Shown: piece by piece, positions 49,771 to 59,143 of the stretch
Layout: each line of letters begins with the position of its first letter
Numbering within the stretch: the first letter of the stretch is position 1
NCBI GenBank assembly: GCA_030429625.1
Contig: JAUIFA010000001.1
Coordinates: 97,306-161,305 of the forward strand
Length of the DNA stretch: 64,000 bases
Source of the DNA: Alphaproteobacteria bacterium
Lineage (GTDB): Bacteria; Pseudomonadota; Alphaproteobacteria; Rickettsiales; UBA8987
Reading direction: 5' to 3'
Program-made: the position numbers and the translations under genes
The notes under the pieces: generated by a model
Told to the model about the DNA's origin: nothing
Database searches by the model: none
The model's input: the letters and a program-made list of their open reading frames with translations, nothing else

Positions 49771-50768
49771 TGGCGGAGTGCTACCTCATTATTGGTTTGG
49801 GAAGTATAGGCAGGCGGCATTTGCGCAATGTAAGAGCGTTGCGGCCAGAGGCAAAAATTGTACTTCTGAGGCGCGAAGAATCCCTTGCGGCAGACGAAGA
49901 TAAATTGGCCGATCATATTGTGACCAACATCAAATCGGCCATTGCACATCGGCCCATTGCCGCCATTATTTGTAATCCTGCGCCGTTTCATCTTTCGGTG
50001 GCCATGGATCTGGCTGAGGCTGGGATTCATCTTCTTATCGAAAAGCCGATTTCGCATAATTTGGCAAATGTTGATGGGCTGATTCATTATTGTAAAAAGA
50101 AAAAGCTAAAACTGCAAACCGCGTATGTGCTGCGCTATCATCCTTTAATCAAAATGCTAAAGAAAAAGTTCGACGAAAAACTAATAGGTCAGCCGATCAG
50201 TGCGGTGGTCGAATGTGGGCAATATCTACCGCAATGGCGACCAGAGCAGGACTATCGCCAATCGGTTTCGGCCAAGGCTGGTCTGGGGGGAGGGGTATTG
50301 TTGGAGCTTAGCCATGAGTTTGATTATTTACGTTATTTATTTGGCGAGGTACAATCGCTTTCTGCTCATTGTTTCAACAGTCACAGCCTTGAGATTGATG
50401 TGGAAGATGTGGCCGACCTAACTCTCAGATTTGCCAATACGTTTACCGCCAATGTGCATTTGGATTTTTTACAAACCAAGCTGCACAGAAGTTGTAAAAT
50501 CATGGGCGATAAGGGCATGTTGTACCTTGATTTAGCAGAGCAAACCCTCGATTTTTATGACAAAGAGGGGCAAAAAACCCCGCTTTCCCATCTTAAAGAC
50601 TATGACAGAAATACGATGTTTATTGCTGAGCTGGAAGATTTTTTAAACACGGTTGCTCAGAATTGCGACCCTACGATAACCGGATATGATGGGCTTCAAG
50701 CGGTTCGAATTGTTGAGGCCGCCAAACAATCCTCCAAAAATAAGAAGGAGGTCACTCTTGATGGTTGA
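49770..50768 (+). CDS. Gfo/Idh/MocA-family oxidoreductase
   Basis: 332 aa. The N-terminal Rossmann region is IIGLGSIGRRHLRN. EKP is present and the C-terminal alpha/beta domain follows. Confidence 0.75.
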   Translation: MAECYLIIGLGSIGRRHLRNVRALRPEAKIVLLRREESLAADEDKLADHIVTNIKSAIAHRPIAAIICNPAPFHLSVAMDLAEAGIHLLIEKPISHNLANVDGLIHYCKKKKLKLQTAYVLRYHPLIKMLKKKFDEKLIGQPISAVVECGQYLPQWRPEQDYRQSVSAKAGLGGGVLLELSHEFDYLRYLFGEVQSLSAHCFNSHSLEIDVEDVADLTLRFANTFTANVHLDFLQTKLHRSCKIMGDKGMLYLDLAEQTLDFYDKEGQKTPLSHLKDYDRNTMFIAELEDFLNTVAQNCDPTITGYDGLQAVRIVEAAKQSSKNKKEVTLDG

Positions 50769-51471
50769 TAAGAAGGCGATAGGATTTATTTTTGCTCGTG
50801 GCGGCTCCAAAGGGGTAAAGGGCAAAAATATAAAGTTGCTTAACGGCAAACCGTTAATCGCTTATTCCATTGAGTGCGCGTTAAGCTGCCCTTCCATCAG
50901 CAGGGTGATCGTTTCCACAGACAGTCAGGAGATTGTCGATATCGCAAAAAAATACGGTGCGGAAGTGCCCTTTATGCGCCCAAGCCAACTGGCGCAGGAC
51001 GATTCTCCTGAATGGCTCGCGTGGCAGCATGCCGTGCAATTTCTACAAGATCAGGGGCAAGAGTGTGATGTTTTTGTCAGTCTTCCGGCAACGTCTCCCT
51101 TGCGCAACGTAGAAGATGTGGAAGCCACCATTGCTTTGCTGGATGAGAAAACAGACGTGGTGGTCACCTGCACTCCGGCCAAACGTCACCCCAGCTTTAA
51201 CATGCTAAAAAAGAACGATGACGGTTATGTGAGTATAGTCATGCCGGTGGAGAAGGAAATTCATAACCGACAACAGGCCTCGGAGCTGTTCGATATGACC
51301 ACGGTAGCTTATGTCACCCGTCCGCAATATATTATCAATCACCAATCCTTGCTTGAAACCGGCGCGGTAAAAGCGCATAGTGTGCCGGAGGAAAGGGCGT
51401 TGGACATTGATACGATGTTTGATTTTAAAATAGCGCAACTTTTGATGGAAGCAAGCGATGCTGGAAAATAA
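50761..51471 (+). CDS. Acylneuraminate/nonulosonate cytidylyltransferase (NeuA/LegF-like)
   Basis: The ATG at 50761 gives MVDKKAIGFIFARGGSKGVKGKNIKLLNGKPLIAYSI. It overlaps the upstream stop by 8 nt. Confidence 0.85.
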   Translation: MVDKKAIGFIFARGGSKGVKGKNIKLLNGKPLIAYSIECALSCPSISRVIVSTDSQEIVDIAKKYGAEVPFMRPSQLAQDDSPEWLAWQHAVQFLQDQGQECDVFVSLPATSPLRNVEDVEATIALLDEKTDVVVTCTPAKRHPSFNMLKKNDDGYVSIVMPVEKEIHNRQQASELFDMTTVAYVTRPQYIINHQSLLETGAVKAHSVPEERALDIDTMFDFKIAQLLMEASDAGK

Positions 51472-52231
51472 AATAATTGTGATCACCGGTGGTGCCGGCC
51501 TCTTAGGTTCGGCGTTTGTGAAGGCGGTTCTTGCCAATAAGGGTAAGGCAATCATCGCGGATATCAATAGTGATAAAGGACAGGAATTAGAACAGAATTT
51601 GCACAAAGAATACGGCAAAGAATCCTGTGCCTATCGGAAGCTTGATGTAACGTCGAAAGACAGTGTGCAGCAGCTTATTGATCAGACAGAGGCAAAATAT
51701 GGTCATATTGATGCGTTGGTCAATGCGGCCTATGCACGCAATGCTTCCTTTGGAAAGGATTTCTTTGAGGTGGAACATGCCGATTTTTGCGACAATCTTT
51801 GCCTCCAGCTTGGCGGATATTTCTTAACCTCCCAACAATTTGCCACCTACTTTAAAGACAAGGGTAAGGGCGGAAACATCATCAATATCGCTTCTATTTA
51901 TGGGGTTGTTGCCCCGAAATTTGAGATTTACGAAGGCACAGAAATGACCTGCCCGATTGAGTATACGGCGGTGAAGTCGGCGTTGATTATGATGACCAGA
52001 ACCATGGCCAAGCGCTTTAAGGGCATGAATATTCGGGTCAATTCCATCAGTCCGGGTGGGATTCTAGACGGGCAAGACCCTAAGTTCTTAGCTGCCTACA
52101 AAGCACAATGCATCAGCAAAGGCATGCTCGATGTGAAGGACATTGAAGGCTGTTTGGTGTTCTTGCTTTCGGACCAATCACAATACATCAATGGTCAAAA
52201 CATAGTGGTGGACGACGGTTTCACGCTGTAA
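51458..52231 (+). CDS. Short-chain dehydrogenase/reductase (PtmA-like)
   Basis: 257 aa. Contains ITGGAGLLGSAF, NAAY and a YxxxK context (YTAVKSAL). Confidence 0.85.
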   Translation: MLENKIIVITGGAGLLGSAFVKAVLANKGKAIIADINSDKGQELEQNLHKEYGKESCAYRKLDVTSKDSVQQLIDQTEAKYGHIDALVNAAYARNASFGKDFFEVEHADFCDNLCLQLGGYFLTSQQFATYFKDKGKGGNIINIASIYGVVAPKFEIYEGTEMTCPIEYTAVKSALIMMTRTMAKRFKGMNIRVNSISPGGILDGQDPKFLAAYKAQCISKGMLDVKDIEGCLVFLLSDQSQYINGQNIVVDDGFTL

Positions 52232-53498
52232 GTAATGTTGCGATGGCGCGGTTTATGTTTTCTTTCATATCTTCTTCCGCAACGCCATATCCCGCGTCGT
52301 AATAGCGGTAATGTTCCTGCCATACGGGGTCTGTATAAAAAGCGTTGATTACCTCAAGATTAAGGGCATTCACATCTTCAATCTCCGGCACGATCTTATT
52401 CTTCACAAAGCCGTTTACGTCGTGTGAATATCCGTCCAGTCCGGCATAATACACCACCGGAACACCCTGTTTAAGCACTTCAAGATGCACGCTGCTGTTG
52501 CCGATAATAGCCAGATCCACCTTGCTGACATCCTCGTCGAGCCTAGTTCCTTTTGGTGAGATAGTAATACCACTCTTGCCTGCCAGCGTGGCAAAATCAG
52601 GCCGTACCAACTCCACCGGATGCGGACGAATTACGATAGCGGCCTCCTCGAATTTCTTTCTTATTTGGTGGAGGATCTTCTCAAGATTGGTCATATTGGT
52701 TTGCGCGGTGAGAAAAATCCCCACCGTCTTTATAGGACGATTGAGCTTTAAGGCAGTGGTTTTCCCCTCAACGCCGGAATAGACAATTTGTGTGCTGAAA
52801 TGTTCGTTATATTGACTGAGAATGTCCGAGGCATATTTTCCCGAAAGAATTGCCAGATCATAGTGCATATTCGAAGTGCTGTAATCTTCTGTTATATTAG
52901 CGTGGGGAACAAGGATAACAGGAATATTCATGTGTTTAGCGGCACAAATCAGTGCCATACTGTCCGAAGCGTAGGTGCTGGTGACCAACACGGCGCGTGG
53001 CGGACATTGCTCCATAATATGCAGAAATTTTATGTAATAGCCAAGATAGGCCGCAATCAGACAGGCAGGGATAAAATCCATTTGCCTGAAATGCATCATC
53101 AGCCGAAATATTTGGGTTATATTTTTATAGCGTAGCCCTATTTTATAGAAGTGAATGACGTTGGGCAGATACAAAATATTTTTATTAGAAATGGAGCTGT
53201 TTTCTAAAGTGTAATCGGCCAGAGAGTTTTTGATATAGTCCACTTTACTGTGCTCATTGGCCGTGGTGGAACAGGCTAAGATATCCCCACCTCCCTTCGC
53301 CTTCAAGTTAAGGATGGATTTCACAACATACAGTACCAGAATAAAGGTATAGAGCTTACTGCCTTTGAAGGATTCTATCCACTTTATGGCAAAACGCAGC
53401 ACCGGTTTCTTGGCCAATATTTCCGCGAACACCTTGATAGCAACCTCATGTGTTCTTACAGATTCTATATACCGTATCGCTTTTTTAATGTTTTTCAT
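52221..53498 (-). CDS. Hypothetical protein, possible GT-B/capsule-synthesis-like glycosyl (ulosonic acid) transferase
   Basis: 425 aa. The C-terminal IGNSSVHLEVLKQGVPVVYY loosely resembles nucleotide-sugar-binding halves of GT-B or KpsS-type enzymes. Evidence is weak. Confidence 0.3.
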   Translation of the reverse strand: MKNIKKAIRYIESVRTHEVAIKVFAEILAKKPVLRFAIKWIESFKGSKLYTFILVLYVVKSILNLKAKGGGDILACSTTANEHSKVDYIKNSLADYTLENSSISNKNILYLPNVIHFYKIGLRYKNITQIFRLMMHFRQMDFIPACLIAAYLGYYIKFLHIMEQCPPRAVLVTSTYASDSMALICAAKHMNIPVILVPHANITEDYSTSNMHYDLAILSGKYASDILSQYNEHFSTQIVYSGVEGKTTALKLNRPIKTVGIFLTAQTNMTNLEKILHQIRKKFEEAAIVIRPHPVELVRPDFATLAGKSGITISPKGTRLDEDVSKVDLAIIGNSSVHLEVLKQGVPVVYYAGLDGYSHDVNGFVKNKIVPEIEDVNALNLEVINAFYTDPVWQEHYRYYDAGYGVAEEDMKENINRAIATLLTA

Positions 53499-53506
53499 AA
53501 CTGGCT

Positions 53507-54121
53507 TTATAATTTAAGAAAATTTTTTATAATCTGTAACCCGGCAGCTCCGCTTTTCTCCGGATGAAATTGGGTGCCGTAAACATTATCTTTCCCAACA
53601 ACTGCCGTTACGTTTATGGCATCATAATCGTAATACGCCAAAAGATCTTCTTTGTTATTAGGGTTGGCAGAATAAGAATGGGTAAAATAAAATCTATCTG
53701 CTTGGGAAATGTGATGAAACAAATCATTATTGGTCATTATCTTCAATGATTTCCAGCCCACAAAAGGAATTTTATATTTTACACTATCGCTAATTTTGCA
53801 GACTCGTCCTCCAATTAAGCTGAGTCCTTTATTTAAACCAAATTCCTCGCTTTCATCCAGTAACATTTGCATGCCAACGCAGATGCCCAGATAGGGCCTT
53901 CTGGTGGCAGAAAATTCTAACAAGACATTCTTCAGACTTTTCTGTGCTAGGGTGGAGACGCAATCTTTAAACGCGCCAACGCCGGGGACAACTAGTCTTT
54001 GGGCGCAGAGTATATCGTTCGGGTTATCACTCACCAGCACATCGGCACCACAATGCTCAAACGCTCTTTTGACACTCAGTATGTTACCGATACCGTAATC
54101 TACTATTACAACTTTTTTCAT
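53507..54121 (-). CDS. HisH-like glutamine amidotransferase subunit (glycan acetamidino pathway paralog)
   Basis: 204 aa. Contains VVPGVGAF, GICVGMQML (catalytic Cys) and QFHPEKS. Confidence 0.88.
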   Translation of the reverse strand: MKKVVIVDYGIGNILSVKRAFEHCGADVLVSDNPNDILCAQRLVVPGVGAFKDCVSTLAQKSLKNVLLEFSATRRPYLGICVGMQMLLDESEEFGLNKGLSLIGGRVCKISDSVKYKIPFVGWKSLKIMTNNDLFHHISQADRFYFTHSYSANPNNKEDLLAYYDYDAINVTAVVGKDNVYGTQFHPEKSGAAGLQIIKNFLKL

Positions 54122-54128
54122 CTATTTC

Positions 54129-54911
54129 TTAAATTGTTATATTGTCCACACAGCGTATTTCAAAATTATTCTGGTTTATTGCCCATCGATGTATTTCGGA
54201 CAATTGTAGCGTATCGTAATGCAAAACATGCGCCATAGCAATGGCATCCACATGGCTTTGTGTAAGAGCCTCTTCTATGTCGTGTAAGGAGCCAATGCCT
54301 CCGCTGGCAATTATAGGGATTTGTACAACAGATGAAACCGCTTCTAAAAGCTCTATATCCATGCCTTTGGCCGTTCCTTCTTTATCAACGGAAGTCAATA
54401 ATATTTCTCCTGCTCCAAGAGACACGGCTATTTTTGCCCAGTGGATAACATCCATTGCGGTTTTTTCCCGCCCATTATCGTAATACACTTCCCATTTGTT
54501 ATAATCGGTTTTCTTAGCTTCTATGGATAGAACCATACATTGGGAACCAAAACGTTGGGAAACCTCCCTGATAAGCTCAGGATTTTTTACCGCCGCAGTG
54601 TTAATGGCCACTTTGTCAGCGCCATGGCTTAACGCGGCAGCCACATCCTCAACCGACCGGATGCCACCACCAACGGTGATGGGGATAAAAATATCTTTGG
54701 TAGCATCTTTAACAATATCTAAGAGTGAATTGCGTTCATAAAGCGAGGCAACGCAGTCCATATAGAGTATTTCATCAATACCTTGCGCATAATATTTTCT
54801 GGCAAAGTCATTCGGTTTGCCAAGTTTTCTTAACCCTTCAAGTTGGATCCCTTTTATTAAATTGTCACCCTTAACATCAAGACGGGCAATAAACCGTATG
54901 TTCCTTGTCAT
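54129..54911 (-). CDS. HisF-like cyclase subunit (glycan acetamidino pathway paralog)
   Basis: The ATG at 54911 gives MTRNIRFIARLDVKGDNLIKG. Later motifs are ITVGGGIRS, GADKVAINTAA and ASGGIG. Confidence 0.88.
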   Translation of the reverse strand: MTRNIRFIARLDVKGDNLIKGIQLEGLRKLGKPNDFARKYYAQGIDEILYMDCVASLYERNSLLDIVKDATKDIFIPITVGGGIRSVEDVAAALSHGADKVAINTAAVKNPELIREVSQRFGSQCMVLSIEAKKTDYNKWEVYYDNGREKTAMDVIHWAKIAVSLGAGEILLTSVDKEGTAKGMDIELLEAVSSVVQIPIIASGGIGSLHDIEEALTQSHVDAIAMAHVLHYDTLQLSEIHRWAINQNNFEIRCVDNITI

Positions 54912-54912
54912 A

Positions 54913-56181
54913 TTATGACCAAACAGTGTGCCGTAATTTCCACTGACCATTGTCTTTTTTCCATAGGTGAGGAGAACGAAATTTATCCTCCAGTTGGTGA
55001 AAATAGTCTTGCGTCATTATCGGGCTATCAAAACATTTATGAGCGATGGGAAATTCTTTTTCGTTGATGGACAAATATTGAAAGATTTCTTTCTCAAAAC
55101 GTGTTGGATATTCGCCATCAAATTTTTTAACCAATGCTACTCCTTCCTCACGGTCTATTTCCTCGTTTCTAATTTCTTGAGCAGCGTCATATGTCGCACG
55201 GCCAATGCCAAACTTTATGTAGGTGGTGTAATAATGATAATCATCAATTTTATCGTCAATGGAATTGTATTTTGAATAGGTGCCGGTGGTTCTTTCGGGA
55301 GAGGATTGGAATCCTCCATTCTCAACGGCATAATAATACGCTCCTTGCGGGTGCCATCTCAGATAATAACCCAGATAGTGAACCTCAATATGGTGCTTCT
55401 CACAGATATCCGGATTTATAGGCATATAGGGAATTAAATCCTGTGTATTAACGCCGTAACTCTCTTTTAATTCTAAAAGGGAAGTACCACCAAAATAGAT
55501 TTCTGAATCCTTAGCAGAGCTAAAATATTTAAAATCCCGTTTCGCGCTTTGTGTGTCTTGGATAGGGTTTCCATACTCCGCCTCATTTTCTCCATAGAAA
55601 ATAAGTTTAATATCATTTTGTGCCGCAATCTTTGGTGCAATCCCTTTTTGTCCAATAATAAAAGGCTGGAAAGGGTGGAACAGCCTCTCAACAGCCAGTC
55701 GGGTTAAAAGTCTGTGGATACGTCCATTGGGGGTTACTAAAATATTATCAAACCCGGCATTGATCCAAGCCTGAAAGTTTTTCCACCCCCAATCGGTATA
55801 AAGATGCGGTGCCCATGTCACGGTAAGAGGGTTCATTCCATATTTATACTTCAATACATGCGCCTGATAGAAGCTGTCTTTACCGCCAGAACCCGGTACA
55901 AGACAGTCATACGATCCGTCTTTGCTACGGTGTTTATCACAAAGCTCGATTAATTTCTTTTCTCTCTCATCCCAATCAATGTTCTTTTTGGCCTCCGCCA
56001 CCCGGCAGGCATCACAGACCCCATCTTCATCAAAATGGATGGTTTGTTTTTTACTTTCCCCAGTATGCTTTGTTTCAATATCGGAGTTAGGGCGTTGGTT
56101 TGAAATAACACATTTCTTACAAAATTTAATTTCCTGCGGAAGGCCGTAATATGTTTCATAATTCTTATTATTTTCAGTCAA
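54913..56181 (-). CDS. N-acetyl sugar amidotransferase (PP-loop; PseA/WbpG family)
   Basis: 422 aa. Has an N-terminal Cys cluster (CKKCVIS..CDACR) and the PP-loop SGGKDS in LVPGSGGKDSFYQ. Confidence 0.8.
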   Translation of the reverse strand: MTENNKNYETYYGLPQEIKFCKKCVISNQRPNSDIETKHTGESKKQTIHFDEDGVCDACRVAEAKKNIDWDEREKKLIELCDKHRSKDGSYDCLVPGSGGKDSFYQAHVLKYKYGMNPLTVTWAPHLYTDWGWKNFQAWINAGFDNILVTPNGRIHRLLTRLAVERLFHPFQPFIIGQKGIAPKIAAQNDIKLIFYGENEAEYGNPIQDTQSAKRDFKYFSSAKDSEIYFGGTSLLELKESYGVNTQDLIPYMPINPDICEKHHIEVHYLGYYLRWHPQGAYYYAVENGGFQSSPERTTGTYSKYNSIDDKIDDYHYYTTYIKFGIGRATYDAAQEIRNEEIDREEGVALVKKFDGEYPTRFEKEIFQYLSINEKEFPIAHKCFDSPIMTQDYFHQLEDKFRSPHLWKKDNGQWKLRHTVWS

Positions 56182-56234
56182 GATTCTTAATTCCTTTTTT
56201 AATACAAGTGTCTAACAAAGTATTTCTTAATGTA

Positions 56235-56906
56235 TTACGGTACATACTCAAATTTCATTCCATTTATTTCTATATATGCTCCGGGCGCATTAGGAAATGT
56301 AACGGCTTTCACTCTTCTCTTCATTTCTTCAGCAGACATAGTTAAATTTAGTTTGCACAGTTCGTTGAGCTCCTTTCTTTGATATGGTGGTCTTTCCCAT
56401 TTTTCACCGCAAGGAGTGAGCTCTTGGCCACTTATAATGATATCCATTATGTCATAAAACATATTCGAAATGTTTTCATAGCATCGTTGGGTAAGGGATA
56501 AAACACTATCGGCTTCATATATAGGAAACCGTTTAACCATTATAATGTCTCCGGTATCAACCTTTTGGTTCATCTGATGACAGGTAACCCCAAACTCTTT
56601 TTCTCCATTATAAATAGCAAAATTTGTACAGCCAATACCGGGATATTTAGGTGATCCAGGATGAAAATTTATACTATGTATTGATGCGTTATCTAATAAT
56701 TCTTTGGGGACAATCCATGGGCAGAGGTAAGATATTATATAATCCCCTTTCCATTGCATTAATTTATTTGGGAAAGGTTCACCTCTGCTGTTGAGGGATA
56801 TAGTACTATTAGGAAAATGATTTTTCACAAATTCAGAGGCTTTTAAACAGAGAGGATCTGCATCTTTTCCTAAAAATAATATTGATAAATCTTTTCTTGG
56901 TTTCAT
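56235..56906 (-). CDS. Formyltransferase-fold protein (sugar N-formyltransferase candidate)
   Basis: The ATG at 56906 gives MKPRKDLSILFLGKD. SINFHPGSPKYPG resembles the HxSLLPxxRG region of formyltransferases, and a Fmt-like GDYIISY pattern is present. Confidence 0.6.
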   Translation of the reverse strand: MKPRKDLSILFLGKDADPLCLKASEFVKNHFPNSTISLNSRGEPFPNKLMQWKGDYIISYLCPWIVPKELLDNASIHSINFHPGSPKYPGIGCTNFAIYNGEKEFGVTCHQMNQKVDTGDIIMVKRFPIYEADSVLSLTQRCYENISNMFYDIMDIIISGQELTPCGEKWERPPYQRKELNELCKLNLTMSAEEMKRRVKAVTFPNAPGAYIEINGMKFEYVP

Positions 56907-56907
56907 A

Positions 56908-57984
56908 TTACGACTCAATTTCTTGATCAATATCGATATTTTGGGAACACTCTTCACCCACATAATCCCAATACTTCATGGCGCTGATGCCGCTGCCGGG
57001 ACGTTTACAGGCCAGATTATCTTTGCTGTAGGTTTCACCTTTTTGTATGTCGCGGGCGGCAGTCAGGCTCCTTCTGGCAATGGCAATGTTCTTTATTTCA
57101 CTGGCCTGTGCCTCTTTTACGCCACTGCCCATGGCGGCTTCAACATCACGGATATGCTTGACCAAATGTATTAATTCTTCCGGCTCTAAAGAAGCCTTAT
57201 GGTCTGGCCCGGGAAGAGAGCAGTCTTTGGTAAAGTGTTTTTCAATCACCTGCGCCCCCATAGCCACCGCTGCAACGGGGATGTGGATGCCCAAGCTATG
57301 GTCGGAAAGCCCGACCGGATGGCCAAAAGCATCCGCTATGGTACGCATGGCGTTTAAATTTACATCCTCATAAGGGGTGGGATATTCGGTGGTACATTGC
57401 AGGATCGTGATGTGGCCATTTAAGATATTCTTACCCTCTTCCGTCTCGTAATAATCCAGACATTCTTGCAATGAGGAAGGTTCATCTCGCCCGCTCCAGC
57501 CATAAGAAAGAATAGCCAGCGCTTGTTCAATTTCGTGCAGATTGGCCATGCCGGTGGAAAGGATCAACGGCAGTCTAAACCGTGCTACACCATATAAATA
57601 GGGGGCGTTGGTGATTTCTCCGGAAGGGATTTTGATATAGGGAATGTCACATTCTTTCACCAGATATTCCAGATTCGCCAGATCAAACGCGGTGGACATA
57701 AAGAGGATATTTTTGGTTTTGGCATAATCGGCCAGCTCTTTAAAGTGCTCCCGAGGCAGCTCCAACCGTTTGACCATATCAAACTGGGACTCTTCTTTTC
57801 CGGTATTGGCTTTTTGATATTCGGCTTGTGGGGCATACACCGAAATAATTTCTTCGGTGGTAAAGGTCTGGAATTTTACTGCGTCTGCCTTTGCCTCGGC
57901 GGCAATATCAATCAACTCTTTGGCTAGCGACATATCGCCATTATGATTAACTCCGGCTTCGGCAATGATAAATGTACGTTCCAT
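56908..57984 (-). CDS. neuB: NeuB-family nonulosonic acid synthase (LegI/NeuB-like)
   Basis: 358 aa. Starts MERTFIIAEAGVNHNGDMSLAKELIDIAAEAKADAVKFQTF. Also has GLSDHS and a C-terminal SAF/antifreeze-like domain. Confidence 0.92.
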   Translation of the reverse strand: MERTFIIAEAGVNHNGDMSLAKELIDIAAEAKADAVKFQTFTTEEIISVYAPQAEYQKANTGKEESQFDMVKRLELPREHFKELADYAKTKNILFMSTAFDLANLEYLVKECDIPYIKIPSGEITNAPYLYGVARFRLPLILSTGMANLHEIEQALAILSYGWSGRDEPSSLQECLDYYETEEGKNILNGHITILQCTTEYPTPYEDVNLNAMRTIADAFGHPVGLSDHSLGIHIPVAAVAMGAQVIEKHFTKDCSLPGPDHKASLEPEELIHLVKHIRDVEAAMGSGVKEAQASEIKNIAIARRSLTAARDIQKGETYSKDNLACKRPGSGISAMKYWDYVGEECSQNIDIDQEIES

Positions 57985-57985
57985 G

Positions 57986-59143
57986 CTAACCTATCTTATA
58001 AAATGTTTTTTGCAGCAATGTTTGAGGATCATCGATTGCCGACAAAATAGCAACGATTTTTTCCGACGTGCCGCCCTCCCCATAAGGGCTAGTGATGGTG
58101 GTACGATCAAGGGCGTAGGCCTGCTCAAGGGCAGAGAGAATGCTTGATTCTTCCATAACACAATCGATCACATTATTGGGCTTTAAGCGGCCTTTCTGGC
58201 GATCGGCAATGTTGATAAAGGGCAGTTTAAAGGTCGGCGCTTCATACAACCCGCTCGAAGAATTTCCCAAAAAAACATCCACATATTTTAACGTGTTGAA
58301 AAACAGCTCCTTGCCCAACGACAGATGAAACACCACGTTGTTATGATCTTTGGCATAGTTTGAAAAGAGTTTATTAATCATTTTCCCGCCCGTGTCCGAA
58401 TTAGCGCCGGTGAGGACGATACCGGTATCTTTAAGCTGGCTGAGGGTGGAAAGGATTATTTTAGCATCCTGCTGTGGTGATCTGCTACTCAGTGTTTCAG
58501 GGTGATACGTCACCAATATATGTTTTTTACATCCATCATTTAGCCCGACTTCCTTTAGCCAGTTTTCTTTAGAAATATAGTTAACTTCGTTGATAACATC
58601 TAAGCTAGGTGAGCCTACCAGATGGACATTCTTAGGGTTTTCCCCCATTTGAATAAGGTTGTGATAAGAGGTTTGGTTAGTAGCAAAATGCACGTGTGAC
58701 ATTTTGGTAATCGCATGGCGCATCGCATCGTCAAACGCTCCTTCGCTGATGTCTCCGCCGCCAATATGCGCCACAGGGATTCTAGCAATGAGTGCGGCTT
58801 GTACGGCAGCCATAATCTCAAAGCGATCCCCCAAAACCAACAACATATCCGGACGTTTGGTGTCAAAAAAATCAGCCAGTTTGATCAATTCATTACCCAT
58901 AGACTTGGTGATGGAACATGCATCATTTTGGCTTTCTAACATCTCTATTTTGGCGGTGATGTTAAAACCATCCTGCTCAATCATTTGCACCGTATTGCCA
59001 TAATCCTGCGCCAGATGTTGGCCTGTCACAATGAGTTGTAAGCTCAGATCATCAGATTGCTCGATCAATCGCATCGGGTAATATAAATAGGAATAATCCG
59101 CCCGATTTCCCGTCACTACACAGATAGTTCTTTGGTTTGTCAT
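57986..59143 (-). CDS. neuC: UDP/GDP-N-acetylglucosamine-type 2-epimerase, hydrolysing (NeuC/LegG-like)
   Basis: 385 aa. Contains ICVVTGNRADY, VLGDRFE, HIGGGD and GNSSSG. Confidence 0.9.
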   Translation of the reverse strand: MTNQRTICVVTGNRADYSYLYYPMRLIEQSDDLSLQLIVTGQHLAQDYGNTVQMIEQDGFNITAKIEMLESQNDACSITKSMGNELIKLADFFDTKRPDMLLVLGDRFEIMAAVQAALIARIPVAHIGGGDISEGAFDDAMRHAITKMSHVHFATNQTSYHNLIQMGENPKNVHLVGSPSLDVINEVNYISKENWLKEVGLNDGCKKHILVTYHPETLSSRSPQQDAKIILSTLSQLKDTGIVLTGANSDTGGKMINKLFSNYAKDHNNVVFHLSLGKELFFNTLKYVDVFLGNSSSGLYEAPTFKLPFINIADRQKGRLKPNNVIDCVMEESSILSALEQAYALDRTTITSPYGEGGTSEKIVAILSAIDDPQTLLQKTFYKIG

